Assembly: GCA_951406725.2 (NCBI GenBank)
Contig: OX597815.1
Coordinates: 58,404,001-58,468,000 of the forward strand
Direction: 5' to 3'
Source: Octopus vulgaris
Taxonomy: Eukaryota
DNA: 64,000 nucleotides
A program made the position numbers and the translations under genes. The notes under the pieces are model-generated. The model was not told the origin of the DNA. It worked only from the letters and a program-made list of their open reading frames with translations, and searched no databases. Below, piece by piece: positions 11,386-25,960 of this stretch (within the stretch, counting starts at the first letter, position 1; the number at the start of each line of letters is the position of its first letter).

Positions 11386-13516
11386 GTGATGATTAAATTT
11401 TTCCTTTACGGTATTACATTGTACCTAGCTGCTTATATTAATTTTTAGTATCATTAATTTTTCAATGTGAAGAATAGCTTCATTTAGCGTTTTTTTTTTT
11501 TTTGAAGAGAAGCATCTTTCAGGTGTTTCTTCCTTCTCCTCCTTCTTCTTCTTCTTCTTCACATTCAAACATTTCCATTTCTAGCAATTCTTCATTTATA
11601 ATTTCATTGCTGTCAGGTGAAATTTCGAAGTTCGATTCCTTTGCAATGTTTATGATCACATCAGTTTCTTTTTGAAGACCTTAAAATCCTTCAAAATAGT
11701 CAATTAATTTGGGGCAGAGATTTTCCAAATTCGTCTCATGTTTTTTATGGCGATTTTATCCCATGTTTTCTTTATCAATTTTATTGCATCAAGGATGCAA
11801 AATTCTTGAATCATGGGACCATTTTCTTTATCGGTCACTTCAATGAGTCTTTCAAAGGTGAAACAGAGATAGTAAGATTTAAATGATGAAATGACTCCTT
11901 GATCCATAAGCTGCAATAAAAATGTTGTATTGGGAGGTAAAAAAACAACATTAATATTTTGATGATGATGCTTTAAAAATGGAGCACGACTGGGGGCATT
12001 ATCCATTATCAAAAGAATCTTGAAAGGAATTTTTTTATCCTTACAATATTATTCTACTTCGGGAACAAAGTGATTAGAAAACCACCTGTTACCCAAGCTT
12101 TTTAGTTATGCTTCCAGATTACAGCAAGTTTCACCATATCAATTCCTTTTAAAGCACATGTATCTTCAGATCAATAAATAAGCATGGGCTTGAGTTTGCA
12201 GTCTCTTCACAATTTCCTCCCAGAAGTAATGTTATCCTATCTTTTGCAGCTATGAATCCTGGCATTGAAGATTCTTTTCTTGCAATAAAAGTCCTTAAAG
12301 GTATTCATTTCCAAAATAGGCCTGTCTCATCCACATTAAATATTTGAGACAGTATAAAGCCTTCTTCTTCAATCAAATCTTCTAATTGGTGAGGAAAAGC
12401 TTCTGCAGCTTTTTGATCTGTGCTACATGATTCTTCATGGATCTTCACATTGTGTAGATTTACTCTTTTACTTGTTTCAGTCATTTGACTGCAGCCATGC
12501 TGGAGCACTGCCTTTAGTCAAGGATATCGACCCCAGGACTTATTCTTTGTAAGCCTAGTACTTATTCTATCGGTCTCTTTTGCCGATCTGCTAAGTTACA
12601 GGGATTTAAACACACCAGCATCGGTTGTCAAGCGATGTTGGGGGGACAAACACAGACACACATACATATATTCTTTCAGTTTTCGTCTACCAAATCCACC
12701 CACAAGGCTTTGGTTGGCCCGAGGCTGTAGTAGAAGACACTTGTCCAAGGTACCACGCAGTGGGACTGAACCTAGAACCATGTGGTTGGTAAGCAAGCTA
12801 CTTACCACACAGCCACTCCTTTTTTGCTCATTTTTTGAAACGATTGAACCAACCATTGCTCACTACAATGATCCATTTGATTTATCCTTAAGCGAGTTAA
12901 AAAGGGAAATTGCTTTAATGCAAATTATAGCCTGACTAAGTGGCATATGAAGTCTATGAATTTGATCGTTAATCCAAGCTGTCATAAGATTTTCTGTGCG
13001 TGACATTAAACTATCATTATCTTTTCTTCATAACCAAGTTGAATTTAGAGGGCTTCCTTTAATTTTATTTAAACAATCTTCCTTTTGCTTCAAGATGGTA
13101 CAAACAGATGAAGGAGCCATATCAAATTTTTTTGGTAAATCTTTAACGGTTGCACCTTTTTTGTATTGTTTAATCAATTCGTATTTTATTTCTAACAATT
13201 CTTCTTATCCTTGCTTTGCATCTCAATTCTTTCTTTTTGAAGTCATCACAAGGGTATTCAAAAAAATAAAGATGCATAAAAAATTGAAAAAAAAAGATGA
13301 ATGGAATGTAGGAAGATGAAATGCGGGCTAGCATGAAGGAAGTCAGGCAGGCACTGACATACTTCAAATCAAAAAAGCAGTTACAGGTGATTGTTCAAGG
13401 TGCTGGAAACCAGAAGTGATGCTTGTTGCCATGGCAACCAATTTTTCCATTTTTCATCTACAATTTGTAAAGGTGAGGTTTCATAAATTGGGGTTACGTA
13501 AAACAAGGTATGCCTG
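11385..13516 (-). mobile_element. Tigger/pogo DNA transposon, decayed, with SINE insertion
   Basis: TIR TA|CAGGCATACCTTG at 13516; QIFNVDETGLFWK, IMDNAPS, VFLPPNTT.LLQLMDQGVI DDE motifs. Confidence 0.88.
12466..12821 (-). mobile_element. tRNA-derived SINE (family B) nested in Tigger
   Basis: Reverse complement of the family-B head and tail. Confidence 0.88.
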
Positions 13517-13519
13517 TAC

Positions 13520-13572
<53 letters not shown>

Positions 13573-14149
13573 ATATATATATGTATATTATATAAACAAT
13601 AAATCAAATAGAGAGATACAATTGACAATCCAATAATTTTATTATAATATAACATAATATACTATGAATATAATTTAACATTAAAAAACCAAAATAGTCA
13701 ACAATTTGTTTCGACTTGTATACATTTTTTGATATATAAACAATTCAATTCACTTATCAGAGCTAAGGTTTAAAGAAAGACGAAATTCTGTGTGAAAGGA
13801 CGGCTGGATTGTAAAAAATTTATTCAAATGCCTATGTAATATGAGTGTGAGCGTTAACTTTTCAACTACATAGCAATTACAATTAAAAAACAACAAAATT
13901 ATAACGGACAACTATTGAAATATATTTCTATATATCTCAAATAATATTAATCCAAATTCGTTTAGGTCAAAGACAATCTTTCGATATTATAATAGCTGTG
14001 GAAACATATATGTGTGGTAGTGATTGCAAGTAGAAAAGGATATAAAAAGCAAAATTCTTAAAAATGCAGTGAAATAATCAAGAAAATTTGCAAGCAACTA
14101 CAAATAGAAATAAGAGGCAAATCTAGTTTTTATCAACTTTTACACAAGC

Positions 14150-14330
14150 ACACATGGATGAAAATAGTATTCCATTTGTGAACCATGAATATACCAGGTA
14201 CATGGGTGATGTAGGCCACCTGAATCAAATGACATGTTATTACCTGGTTGGCAGACTGGGTAATAAATGGTGGCAATACCTGGTATGATATATAGTAAAT
14301 ATGAGTATTGTTCATACGTTTATACTGTAT
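14150..14330 (+). mobile_element. piggyBac transposase fragment
   Basis: YTRYMGDVGHLNQMTCYYLVGRLGNKWWQYL resembles the YNK.MGGVD..DQ...YY...R...KWW motif. Confidence 0.65.
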
Positions 14331-14535
14331 ATCAAATCAGGAGGTGCACAAAAGCAATGCACCCATCTGCAGTTCTGAGATGTAACATCAAAATCAAGAC
14401 AGATTATTCTTTGAAAAATAATAAGTGCAGGAAGAAAAGCTAAAGCTTGCAAGTGGGTAGCTATCTGAATTCAGCCAATCTTCAACATGAAAAATGATGG
14501 TTGCAAAAAAAAAAAAAAAAGTGTCAAAATGATTA

Positions 14536-14698
14536 CCATATTTTAATGTGTATAAGGAACCCTTTTTTGTAAAAAATTAGGTTAAAAAAAATATGGGAGT
14601 TTCTTATACATGGATAGTATTTTAATCCCTTAGAAAACCCTTTTCCCAAATTTTAAGCCCCCAAAATTAGGAGGTTCCTTATACACGTTAAAATATGG
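14536..14698. mobile_element. Tc1/mariner-pogo-type MITE
   Basis: TA|CCATATTTTAATGTGTATAAGGAACC ... GGTTCCTTATACACGTTAAAATATGG|TA. Confidence 0.8.
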
Positions 14699-16400
14699 TA
14701 CATAAGAAAAGTGGAGAGTCAACTGTAATGGCTTTTCAATGTGCATTCTGAAAAGTTGCATTATGTAGAGTTGGGTACTTTATAAATTTCCATAATAGGA
14801 ATCTTGTATGACGTATATACATATAATTTGATTTTATAAATACATTTTTTCTCAAATTTACCTTCTTAATTTTATATACCTGGAAGATGAATGACAAATT
14901 TTAACTGATTTGTATTGTGAATCATTATTGTATGTATTTATGTGAGAGTTTATTTCATTTAGTTGACGGTGTGTTTATTTCATTTTGTAATTTTTTTTCA
15001 AAGTTATAGTCCAGTATTTTGTTCTATTTTACCTTTATGGTACACCTGTCTCATATGCATATAAATTCAAATAATGATCCACTAATATGAACAATTCTTC
15101 TACAGTAAAATTCTGTTGTATAACCCAATTAAATAATCCTTCCATTACTATATTTCTAACTTAATAGTTTCGATTAAATTCTAAGATGATTGTGAATTTA
15201 GACTGGTTTCATAAAACATAATTTTCATTACACAATTTAACAAAAGGTTCTTATACACATGTCTCATAATAATTTTTGTCTGAAAGCATATGTAATTACT
15301 GCTAAATACAGGTAAATTCAACAAAATATGTTATTTCAATTTTGTTTGAATATCAGCATAGAAAATTAATTATTAGCTAATATTCAATGAATATACAACA
15401 AAATTGTAAGAGAAGAGTTGTGCAAATGACAGTTGCACTCAATGCACATAAGGTAAAACAAAGAAATAGGTATACCATAAAGTAAAAACAATGGAAAATT
15501 GACATTTGTCTTTGAAGAAAACTAAGAAATGAAATATACGTTGCCAACTAAATGAAACAAATTCACACATACATGAATACACAAAAAACACATAATAATG
15601 ATTTACAATCTGAATTAATCAAAATTTATTGTGTATCTTACAGATAAATGAAAATAAAAACGAAGTAAATTTGAAAAAAAAAGAAAACCAAATTTACTCA
15701 CACACACACACTCCTAAAAAGGCTTGGATTTTTAACCTACTTCCAAACTTGTTTATGTTATATATAATGATTTGTTTCTGCAGTAATTGCTCCAAAGGAA
15801 AAGGTAAAAAATAATTTAATAATTTTGTTTCCTTGGAAAGGCTACGTCTAATAACTTTGAAAAATAACAAAGAAAACAGTTTTTAAATTCTTACAGTTTT
15901 TAAATTCAGGTACAAATTCATATATATTTTTTTAATCACTATTGGAACTCTTGCCAGAATAGTCTCACAATCACACATATGGTTTTTATGTTTGCCATAT
16001 ATTTGCTTAGATTTTCTATGTCTTTAGAAAATACTTAAAATTCAAACAGCATGAAACTGGTATCCATTTTTCATCCACAGTAAAACATTTAAAAAAAATT
16101 TAAGTGGAAAAAAATCTCCAAAATTTAGCAGCACTCAAATATCATGTAAAATAAGGTCAGTTGTTTACATAGTGAAATCATGTGTTTCCACAAATGTACT
16201 TAAGAGATTTGTGTTGTAATTCTCATTTAAATATGACTAGGTTATTTTGGCCATTTTTGGGCAGGTTGCTAACACAAGGATTAAGGATACCAGGTACTGA
16301 TGAATAGCTTCTAAAGTGTGGTGCAATCCATGCACAAAGGTACAGCCTGCAAATTTGAAAGTTGGAAATGAGTTCAGTCATTTATTTTGCAAGGCTTTAA

Positions 16401-19157
16401 CCCTTTAGTATTCAGTGTGGCCAAATCCAGCACCTCTACGAAATCGCTAAAATATGAACAAATCACATTACTGAATTCTCATGGTTTTGAGATAATGTGA
16501 GATACAGCCTTTCCTACCTTTATTCAAGTATAAATACTGTGAAATTTTTGAGAGCACATGCTTTTTTTTACAACATTTGAAGTGAAGTGTGTATATTAGT
16601 ATTTAGCAAGTAGCGATTTCAACTTCGAAGGTTTTACTCATGATGATATACAAAATGTAAAAGAAAACAACAGTAATTTGTCTTCGGACAAATCTGATAT
16701 TGATGTTAATGAATTTTTGTTGGACAACAAAGATTTTGATAGTGAAAGTGATGAAAATGATGATATTCAAAACATTATGGCAACATGGTTGGAAATTATA
16801 ACATTCTCCATGATTCTAGATTTCACAGAAAAGTCTAGTCCACAACATAATCTAGATTCCAATGCTCAACCATTGGACTATTAATTTTTATTGGCAAGTT
16901 TTTAAAAAAATTGTCATAGATGAAATGAATAAATATATTCAATGAATGATCTCTATTCATGGAAGACCACATCCACTATCCCAGCCAACCAATACTGCAG
17001 AACTGTGGGATTTTTTTTTTTATTTTTTACCATAAACACTGTGTTTGGTATCAAGCAGTTGCCTTGATTGTGAACTACTGGAGTCCAGATGTAAGGTATA
17101 GTAATCTATACATCTCTAGTATTATGTCAAAAACAATGTATTTGAAAATATCTCAATATTCACATTTATCTAATTCTGCTAATGTCCCTGGCAAGACTGA
17201 CCCAAACTACCATCCCCTGTATAAAGCATGTCCAATTATTAATTTACTTTCTGTTAAGTATAAAACTATGTATCTGTCTGGGAAAAATCTCAGTGTAGAT
17301 GAAGCCATGATAGGTTATAAGGGTGGGGTACATTTTTGACAATACACGCCAGCTAAACCCACTAAATGGGGCATCACGGTATGGAAAGTCCGTGAATCAG
17401 ACACAGGGTATTGTACAAACTTTGAGGTCTATAAAGGAAAAAATTATAAAGGAGACAGACCAAATGGATTGGGATATGATGTTGTATATTCTCTAACTGA
17501 ACCATTTCACCATCAACACCGACACCTGTATTTCGACCGTTTTTTTTCTTTTCCAGTGGCTTTGGCAGAACATCCTGCCTATGATGAACAATCACAATGG
17601 GCTACCCCATGAGATAAAAACAACAAAGTAGAAAGAGGGGACATTCTTTAGATGCAAAAAGAAAATTTGTCACAATATACAAGGACAAAAGACAAATTTT
17701 ATTTCTGTCTACCAATGAACAACCTGGTGTTGGTGCTGAGGGGAAACATGCAGTAAATATTTCCTGCAATAAATATATGGGTGATGTTGATAAATCCAAC
17801 TAGTATTGGGTATACTATCCAGTTGAACGACCTGGAAAGAAAAGGAGGAGGTACGTTTTGTGGTTTTTAGTGAATTTAATTATTGTTAATTCATATATTG
17901 TTTATGTGAAAAGCTACAAGGTACCTCCACCACCAAAGAACTATTGCCATAGAAAATTTTGGGTTGACGTTGCATCTCAGTTACGTGAGGGTTTTTCTTC
18001 CAGAAAGCACAGAAGTGTAAGAAAAGCAAAATTAACTGAGGTGGATGTCAACAGAAAATATTAACTTTCATAAAGTGAAAAAAATAAATGGAAGCAAGAA
18101 AGTTTGTAGACTGTTCATTGCAAAAAAGAAGAACTACAAAAGGATATCAGGTTGAAACCGCATATATGTGTTCATTTTGTAAAGCAAAGGGTGTAAAGGG
18201 TGCTTTGGATAATTCCATGAGAGAAATGTGGCATAATTATATTTTCTAGTTTGATAGAAATACAATTATGTATTCCTTTAATTTTATTACAAATAATATG
18301 TGAAGGTGAGAAACACATTAATTTTCAGTATGTTACACACCTGTAATTCACCTTTGTCTCATCTGTTAATGAGTTGTGTTATTAGCTGCATTCTATCATG
18401 TAAATCTACTCACTAAATTGTATAAGAGTACATAGCCAATGGTATATTGACTAGTAAAAGAGTTTTATACTTTATTTTCAATGAAAATGTTTGAATGAAA
18501 TATAGAGAAAAAATTGTATACTGATTATACCTGCATTTAAATTAATTCAAATTAATGTACCTCATTTTGAAGAGTGGCAATATTGTTTGTGGTTGACATC
18601 TGGGATAATTTTAGTAATAAATCAAACAGGTGAAATACATTAAGAGTTTCAACTTTAGTGTTTATCCATAAAGTTATTGCGTTTATACCTATTAATTAAA
18701 TTTACCTGTCCATAAAAGTCAAATCTAATCAAAAAGATCAGCTAAAATTACATAACAGTAAACCACAGGCATATAAACATCCACTAACAAAATTTCAAGT
18801 CTTTATGTAAAAAATTAAGTTATAAGCACATATTGTGGACACCCCTCTTGAACCTGATTAATTCAAAATAATCCGTCCTATTATAGGTACAAGGTCTGAA
18901 ATTTTAGGGGAGGGGACTAGTTGATTTCATCAACCCCCAGTATTCCGTTGGTACTTAATTTATTGACCCTGAAAGGATGAACGGTAAAGCTGATCTCAGT
19001 GGAATTTGAAATCAGAACGTGGAGACAGACGAAATACAGCTAAGCAATTTGCCCGGCATACTAATGCTTCTGACAGCTTGCTACCTTAAAGGTCTAATTC
19101 AAAATAATGTGAACAAATAAGCATTACATTTGACAGATTAATTTGAATACTAAATAG
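16401..19157 (+). mobile_element. Full-span decayed piggyBac element
   Basis: TTAA at both ends; TIRs CCCTTTAGTATTCA / TGAATACTAAATAG; NLSVDEAMIGYKG, PAKPTKWG, YMGDVDKSN motifs; SINE inserted near the 3' end. Confidence 0.9.
18873..19088 (-). mobile_element. SINE with Nin/Deu-like core
   Basis: Minus strand TTCATCCTTTCAGGGTCAATAAATTAAGTACC resembles the Nin domain, after a tRNA-like head. Confidence 0.6.
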
Positions 19158-19316
19158 TTAATGAGTTCAGTGAAGAATTCACTAAGGACTGGGTCTGAGT
19201 TACTTCATATTTATTATAAACCTCCTAGTTAAAAAAGAGAAGTTTAAAACTAGTTGTCCATGGAAACTTCTATATGTTGATGACTTAGTCCTTATAGAAG
19301 AGTCTATGGAAGACTT

Positions 19317-20570
19317 AATCCTTTAGCATTTAAACCAACAATATCCAGCCCAGTTATTCTACCTGCTTAATGTTCGAACTGGCTATAAACCAGCTTTTTA
19401 TATCTAAACTAAAAAAATACTCAAGCGACATCATCAAAATCTTTGCGATAATGTGCAATATAAGTTTTTTCACCCATATACCATGAATTTTTCAATGCAT
19501 TTTTCAGTGTCTGAAGTGAACATTGTTTCTTAGCATGTACTAATATAGTGCTAAGTAACAATTCTGACTTTGAAAATTTACACAATATAGAAGAAAAAAA
19601 AGAAAACAACAGACTTGAATTATCTATTTTGGCTTTTGCCTCAAATGTCCTTCCAAAACCTTTGCATAGGAAACAAATCAATTTGCCCAACAAGTTATTA
19701 CTACTCATGGAAGATCTTATCCATTATGGCAACCAACAGCTGCTGAAGAAATCTGAGCTTTTTACCATAAATGTAATGTTTGGTATAAAGCAATTTTCAA
19801 GACTCTAAGACTGCTGGAACCCAGATATAAGATATAGGATCCTTTCATATCAAATACTATGCCAAAAATCAAGTAGTTGAAAGTAAATCAGTATTTACAC
19901 CTGAGTGATTTTTGCAATGACCCCAGCTGAGAAGAAAAGCAAAATTAACCAAGTTGGATGTCAGCAGATGAAATATTGAAAAATAAACGGTAGGAAAAGT
20001 GAGAAGAATGTGCTCATTGCAAGAAAAGAATTTTTAAAAAAAACTGCAAAAGTGTATCAAGTTGAAACCTCATTTATATGTCCTTGTGTAAAATGCAATT
20101 GGACAATTTCATGACATGTCTAAAGCATTATAGTATTTTCTAGTTTGACAAAAATACAATTATTATATATCCCTTGCATATAAATATGAATAATGTGTGA
20201 AAATGTATATTAATTTTCAATATGTTATCTATATTCACCTGTGTCTCACTTGTTAATTTTTTTGTTGGACACATTGTTATGTAAATATAATTAATTAATT
20301 GTTTAAGAGTACATTGGCCAATAGTATATTAACTAGTGTAGAGTTTTAAATTTTATTTTTAATGAAAATGTTTGAATAACATATAGAAAAAGAATAAAAT
20401 GTTATACTGGCTCTACCTACATTTTGATTTAAATTAATGTACCTACTTCTGAAAAGTTGCAAAATTGTTGGAGGTCAACATCTGGGATAATTTTACTAAC
20501 AAAACAAACAAGTAAGACACAAAAAAGGTTCAATCTTAATGTTTATCTATAAGGTTATAGCTTTTATACC
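19317..20570 (+). mobile_element. Internally deleted piggyBac relative
   Basis: TTAA-TCCTTTAGCATTTAAACC start; 3' region similar to 18030-18700. Confidence 0.7.
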
Positions 20571-20589
20571 ACCACCTCCTCCTCCTTAC

Positions 20590-20960
20590 TATCATCATTT
20601 AATGTCCATTTTCCATGCTAGCAAGAGTTGGATAGTTTGACAGAAGCTGATAAGCTAGAAAACTGCAAGCTTCACTGTCTGGTTTGGCATGGTTTTTATG
20701 ACTGGATGCCCTTCCTAACACTTTACAGCATAGACAGTACTTTTTACAGGGCACCATCACCAGTAACATTTGTTTTGCCATGGTTTTTACATCCTGATGC
20801 CAACCACTTTACAGAGTGATCTGGGTGCTTTTTATATGGCACCAACACTGGCGAGGTTTGCTTTGGCATGGTTTCTACAGCTGGATGTCCTTCCAAATGC
20901 CAACCACTTTACAATGTGGACTGGATACTTTTTATTGGCACCAGGAAATATAAAGGAAGA
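20590..20960 (-). mobile_element. RTE LINE 3' tail fragment
   Basis: (CAT)n-TTTAATGTCCATTTTCCATGCTAGC tail and CTGGATGCCCTTCC..AACCACT motif shared with other RTE ends. Confidence 0.7.
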
Positions 20961-21322
20961 AAAGACTCTGCAGCCAACAAGGAAATTACTATGCTTAAAC
21001 GTCTGATAAGGATTAGGTAGGAACTCCATATGGTGCATAGTGTCAGCCATGGGTGCACAAGAGGTGTATTGGAATCACAAGCAGGCTGACATTGAATAAA
21101 GACTTTGTATGTGGCAGATGTACAAGAGTAGCTAGTAGTGAAAGTACTAGTAAAATAAATTAATGCTTAGAAAGTTCATTAGAAAGTAGCTGATAGTTTC
21201 CTTTATCTAGGCCAACTTATCGGCTATGGAACAGCATACTGGTAAAGTGTGAAAATGTTCAGAGAGCTATTATCTCTGTTGGAAACAAGGGGATTCTCTC
21301 TCTGAGTGAAAGGTACACTGTA

Positions 21323-22504
21323 TTAGGTTGTTTCACATGAAATGTCATATTTGAAAGGTAACAATAAAATGTTTCAGAAGTGTTAGAGAACTGATTTATT
21401 TCATCAAAGTATGATCCATGTTCATTTATGATATTTACCCAATGTTTCTCTGTGTCATATATTCCATCATTAAAACAAAAATTCATCTTTTGCTGTGATA
21501 AACTGTCTGAATGTTTCAATTACCTCTTCTCTATTTAAGAATGTTTTATTGCTTATGAAAAGCTCAAAATGCTTAAATAAGTGATGATCAATAGGAGAGA
21601 TATCAGGGGATGTTGCAAAATCTCATAATTCAGGCTTTGCAACTTTTGGATCATAGCTTGAGGAGTGTGAGGACGTGCATTGTTATGAAGCAAAATTGGG
21701 CCATTTCTATTCACTAGTCTGAGTTGCTTCTTTTTCAAATTCTCATTCATACAATTAAGTTCCTGGCAATTTGAAGTTGCTGTTACCATTTTTCCTTGTT
21801 GCAAAAATGAATAATGAATAACTCTCTTCGCAGACCACCAGACAGGGACCACAAACTTTTTAGGGTGTAATGGTGGGTTTGGGTAGTGTTTAGGTGACTC
21901 TCCTGCATCTAATCACTGTCCTGTTCTGCTGTTGTCAAAGAGTATCCATTTCTCATCACAAGTAATGATTTGATGCAAAAATGGGCTTTTTCCAGCCAAG
22001 AAAGTATTAAGGAGCACACTTCGAGGCATCTGTTTTTTTTAATCTCATTTAGTTGATGTGGACTTTTCCAAATTTTTACAGGTGTCCAAAAACAGTGGTG
22101 CGAGATGTTTGGAGTTCTGATGAAAGTTTTTGAACCTTTGTTCTTGAATTTTGTTCAATGAAAGCATTTAATCCAAATAACTGATTTTGGCCTACCCCTT
22201 GGTTTATCTTCAAGGCTATCATCTGAATGAGAGCTTTGGAGCCATCTCTGAACAGTTCTGATGTCAACAAAACCATTACCAGCTTCTACGGCAGATTGGT
22301 CCAGTTTGAACTCATACAAGAAAATCACTCAGCACAGTTTGGTTGTTATTATTTTCATACAGTGTGTGGGTACGAATTTTGTATACCAATATTGTTGGGA
22401 AAGAAAAAGAGTCAAGATTAAATGCAAAGTATACCTAATTGAGTTTTTAAATGACCGAAATAACAAGTAATTAAAAATGTGACATTTCATGTGAAAGAAT
22501 CTAA
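21323..22504 (-). mobile_element. mariner element, decayed, nested in an RTE fragment
   Basis: About 30-bp TIRs TTAG(G/A)TT(G/C)TTTCACATGAAATGTCA with TA TSDs; ITCDEKWI, ILLHNNARPHT motifs; RTE RT remnants on both sides (about 20990-21320 and 22510-22890). Confidence 0.9.
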
Positions 22505-22983
22505 TATATTGTTTATATGGAAGGTGGGCATGTAAAGGGGATGTAAAGATTGAAGAGGAATAAAGCAACTATGCTCTACTGAGTGTGTAAAATCAATGAG
22601 CATGAGCAGTTTGGTACAGATAAACTGAGAGATTAATTTTATATAAAAGGAATAGGTTGTTGTATGCAAGAAAGATGACTGCATTAGCATGGACATGTAA
22701 TATGTATGGATGATAACAGATGGGTAAAGAAATGCCAGAAGATCTAAGTAGAAGAAAACTGTGAAAGACTGGTGTATCTTAAGATGTTAAACATGACAAA
22801 GAAGATGACGAAGGAAGCACAAAAAGTGGTGAAATGTGTTAGAAAGGACTCACCTAACCCATTGAAAAGCAGATGTAAAAATGAGGATGGAGATTTTATA
22901 CATCATACACAATATTTAGTAAGAATATAAGAAAAATATTTACTATGATGAACAGTTATAAAACATTAAGTTTATTCACTTAC

Positions 22984-23088
22984 TTTTTCAACTTCAGCTC
23001 GAGACAAATTGATATCAGCATCTGCCTTTTTGTAGGCTTCAATAGCTTTTTCTGCTTCCCTATATGCTCTCTCATATTGTTTCTTTGT
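22984..23088 (-). CDS. FNBP1L: F-BAR protein, 105-nt exon (exon 6 equivalent)
   Basis: gcatttttcag|ACA...AAA|gtaagt; TKKQYERAYREAEKAIEAYKKADADINLSRAEVEK contains the CIP4/TOCA hallmark ADADINLSRAEVEK. Confidence 0.96.
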
Positions 23089-23453
23089 CTGAAAAATGCA
23101 CATAAATCAGCAATCAGTGGTAGTAAAAATGAAGAGAGTGATTATAGTAGTGGCAACAACAGTGATTGAAATACTTTATTTTTAAATTACATTATTTGAT
23201 GTAATACTATTTAAAAAGAGAAATTCTATTAGAAACTTCTGGTAAAGACTTATGAGGATTCTTCAATGTCAATATTTACAGACACATTTGTCCAACAAAA
23301 TAGACTGTGAAATAAATTCAAAGCTGACTACAACTAAATTACTATAGTTTCTTTCATGCTAACATACAAATGATTTAATGCAACAGTACATTTAAAAATA
23401 CACTATATGTACTTTCTCTTTGGATAGTTGATACAAGATTCTTCAAGAGTTAC

Positions 23454-23516
23454 CTTATCCAATTGCTGAGTTGACAAAATAAGGCTTTGCTGTACTTTTG
23501 TTCCTTCTTGTAAACC
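23454..23516 (-). CDS. FNBP1L: F-BAR protein, 63-nt exon (exon 5 equivalent)
   Basis: aaattccag|GGT...AAG|gtaact; GLQEGTKVQQSLILSTQQLDK; phase 0-0, in frame with neighbouring exons. Confidence 0.92.
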
Positions 23517-25960
23517 CTGGAATTTGCCAAAAAGTGAGAATGCTTATTGTTACAAAAGAAAGGGATAAAGTCAAGAGAGAAGTGGAAAGAGAGACATGGA
23601 GAATCAAATACAAAATGAATGTTTGAATATTTTGTTCTTTTGAAAAATTACTTTGCGAAAAAATTATATTTCAAGTTTCTATGTATGAAGAAAATTTGGC
23701 TAACACTCAAATAACTGTCAGAATTATAGGTAATGACATTATGGAATGCTTTATTTTATATACTTACCATACCAAATGAAAGTAACCCTAACAACAACAG
23801 TTTTATATGGCCAAAAACAAGGCTATAAACCCATGATTGCATTTTGGGGTCAAATGAGACAGGAAAAGGAAACTCATGAAAATTCAGTTGTTTAGTTTAG
23901 TGTCAAGTAAAAATTTACAATATACAATTAAACTCCTTAAAACAAAGCAATTACAGATACTGTTTGTGGCAAGAACAGGTGTGAAATTTTAGAAGAGCAG
24001 AGTTATAGGAAAAGAAACAAAATGAAAGTGCTGGTCAATAGGCAAATTAACATCAGTATGGGAAATGGTTAAAAAGTTTACTTCACAATCATGGAGTCCT
24101 TGGTTTCTATTCTGCTATGTGGTATCTTAGGCAAGTGTCATTTTCTAAAGCTATGAGTCAACTCATATCTTGTGAGTGAAATTAGGTAGACTAAAACTGT
24201 GGAAAAGTCTATCAAATGCTTTGCATTTATAATTCAAAGATCTAGGTTTGTCAAACTGTCACACTGATTCTTCCTGAGAATTACATGAAGGATACAAGTC
24301 TCTGTGAAACATTTGGCCACTTACAGGCTAATTCAATGAGTGTGGTAGTTTAGTTGACTGAACAACTGAATGCTCATGATCACTTATTCTAACCTAGATC
24401 CATCCAATGTTTAATCAAGTAAATGGTTAACTTCTAACAGCAGTCCAAAACACTAATTTTTATGTAGCTTTGGTCATTAGAGGTGGCGCTGCCAAATTCC
24501 TATTCAAAATATATAGTTTTCAAAGTGACAACTAGTCACTGATCTATAAATTTGAAAATTACTATTTGTAAATCTCAAAATGAGAGATATTCAGCAACAG
24601 TACTTTGGAGTAAAGATTATTTACCAACATAACATGACAGTCCTGGTTTAGGATGAATATTGCTGTAATTTAGCCCCAGAAGACATTGTCTCCAGCTGGT
24701 TATACGACACAATCTGTGTCCTTATATTTTTGAACAAGGGAATCTAGAGGCCAAATCGGGCCAGTTTAAACATGAAATATATAGAATATTTCGGCCTGAT
24801 GTGGCTGGTTTAAATACTAAGGAATTAAGAGTAAGGACCTTAGTATGGATTAAGAAAGCATGAATTCATCAGTATTTCAGTCTAGTCAACTAATTTTCCA
24901 CTACAATCATTACTGTAATAACAATTAATTGTTGCTTGCCTTTCAGTTGGTCTTATAGAAGTGGATTTGAATTTTATTTCAAAATATTCACAGCGGAGTG
25001 ACTTTTTGAACACCCTGTATATGTCCAACCAGTTTCTAGCATGACATTCCAAGAATGGATCCATGCTAGGAATATCATTATGATAGCAAATTTGAAATGA
25101 GATAATTCAAGCATGGAGTGGAGTGAATGATGTGATTATTGAATGCCAAAAGCACAAGTTCTATTGGGCTGGACATGACACAAGGTTCACAGACAACAGT
25201 TGGACTTGTACAGTTGCCTGGAAGACCTCCACAACAATGGGAAGACAGTTTAGTTAAGTGATTTAGGACAAAATGGAAAAGAATGATGCGATTGAGAAAG
25301 CATTGGAAGCAGCGATATATAACATCTAATAGTTTGGCTGATACAGTGATTATTCATCAGCACTGTTCGAACTGAATAGAAAAATGTACTTATCACTACT
25401 GTAATAGTAGTAATGAAACTCTGACTTAAAGTGGTTTGCAGCATTCACAAAATATGCTTGCAGAGTAACACACTAACATCCTCAATGAAGTATAACCCTT
25501 TTTGATACCAAACCACTTGAAACTAGCCAAGAATTTCAATGGTGAATGATACTAACCTGGCTGAAAATGGCTGCATTAACCTACTCATATTTATATAAGA
25601 ATTTTAACACAAATCTTATTAGTACATTAGTGAAACATGGTTTCACTATGTAAACAACTGAGTTACACTGTTCGGCATTATTGTACGTGGTATCTAAGCA
25701 CTGCTAATTTTTGGAGATTTCTTCCCATTTTTTCACATTTTTTCTGAAATGTTTTACTATGGATGAAAAACATATACCAGTGAGTTTGGATTCAAAGTAT
25801 TTTCAAAACAAGACGTAGAAAGATCTAAGAAAATATACATATGGCAATCATAAAAACCACATGTGCAATAATGAATCAGTATTTCTTTTCCTGAAAGTGA
25901 AACGATTCTGACAAGTTCCAATAGAACAAGAACAATGAAACTGTACGTGAATGTTGTGTT

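Noticed and set aside
13690-13770. Minus-strand CTGATAA...GTCGAAACAAATTGT hammerhead-like motif
   Set aside because: Core is mutated and stems I and II pair poorly; too weak to call.
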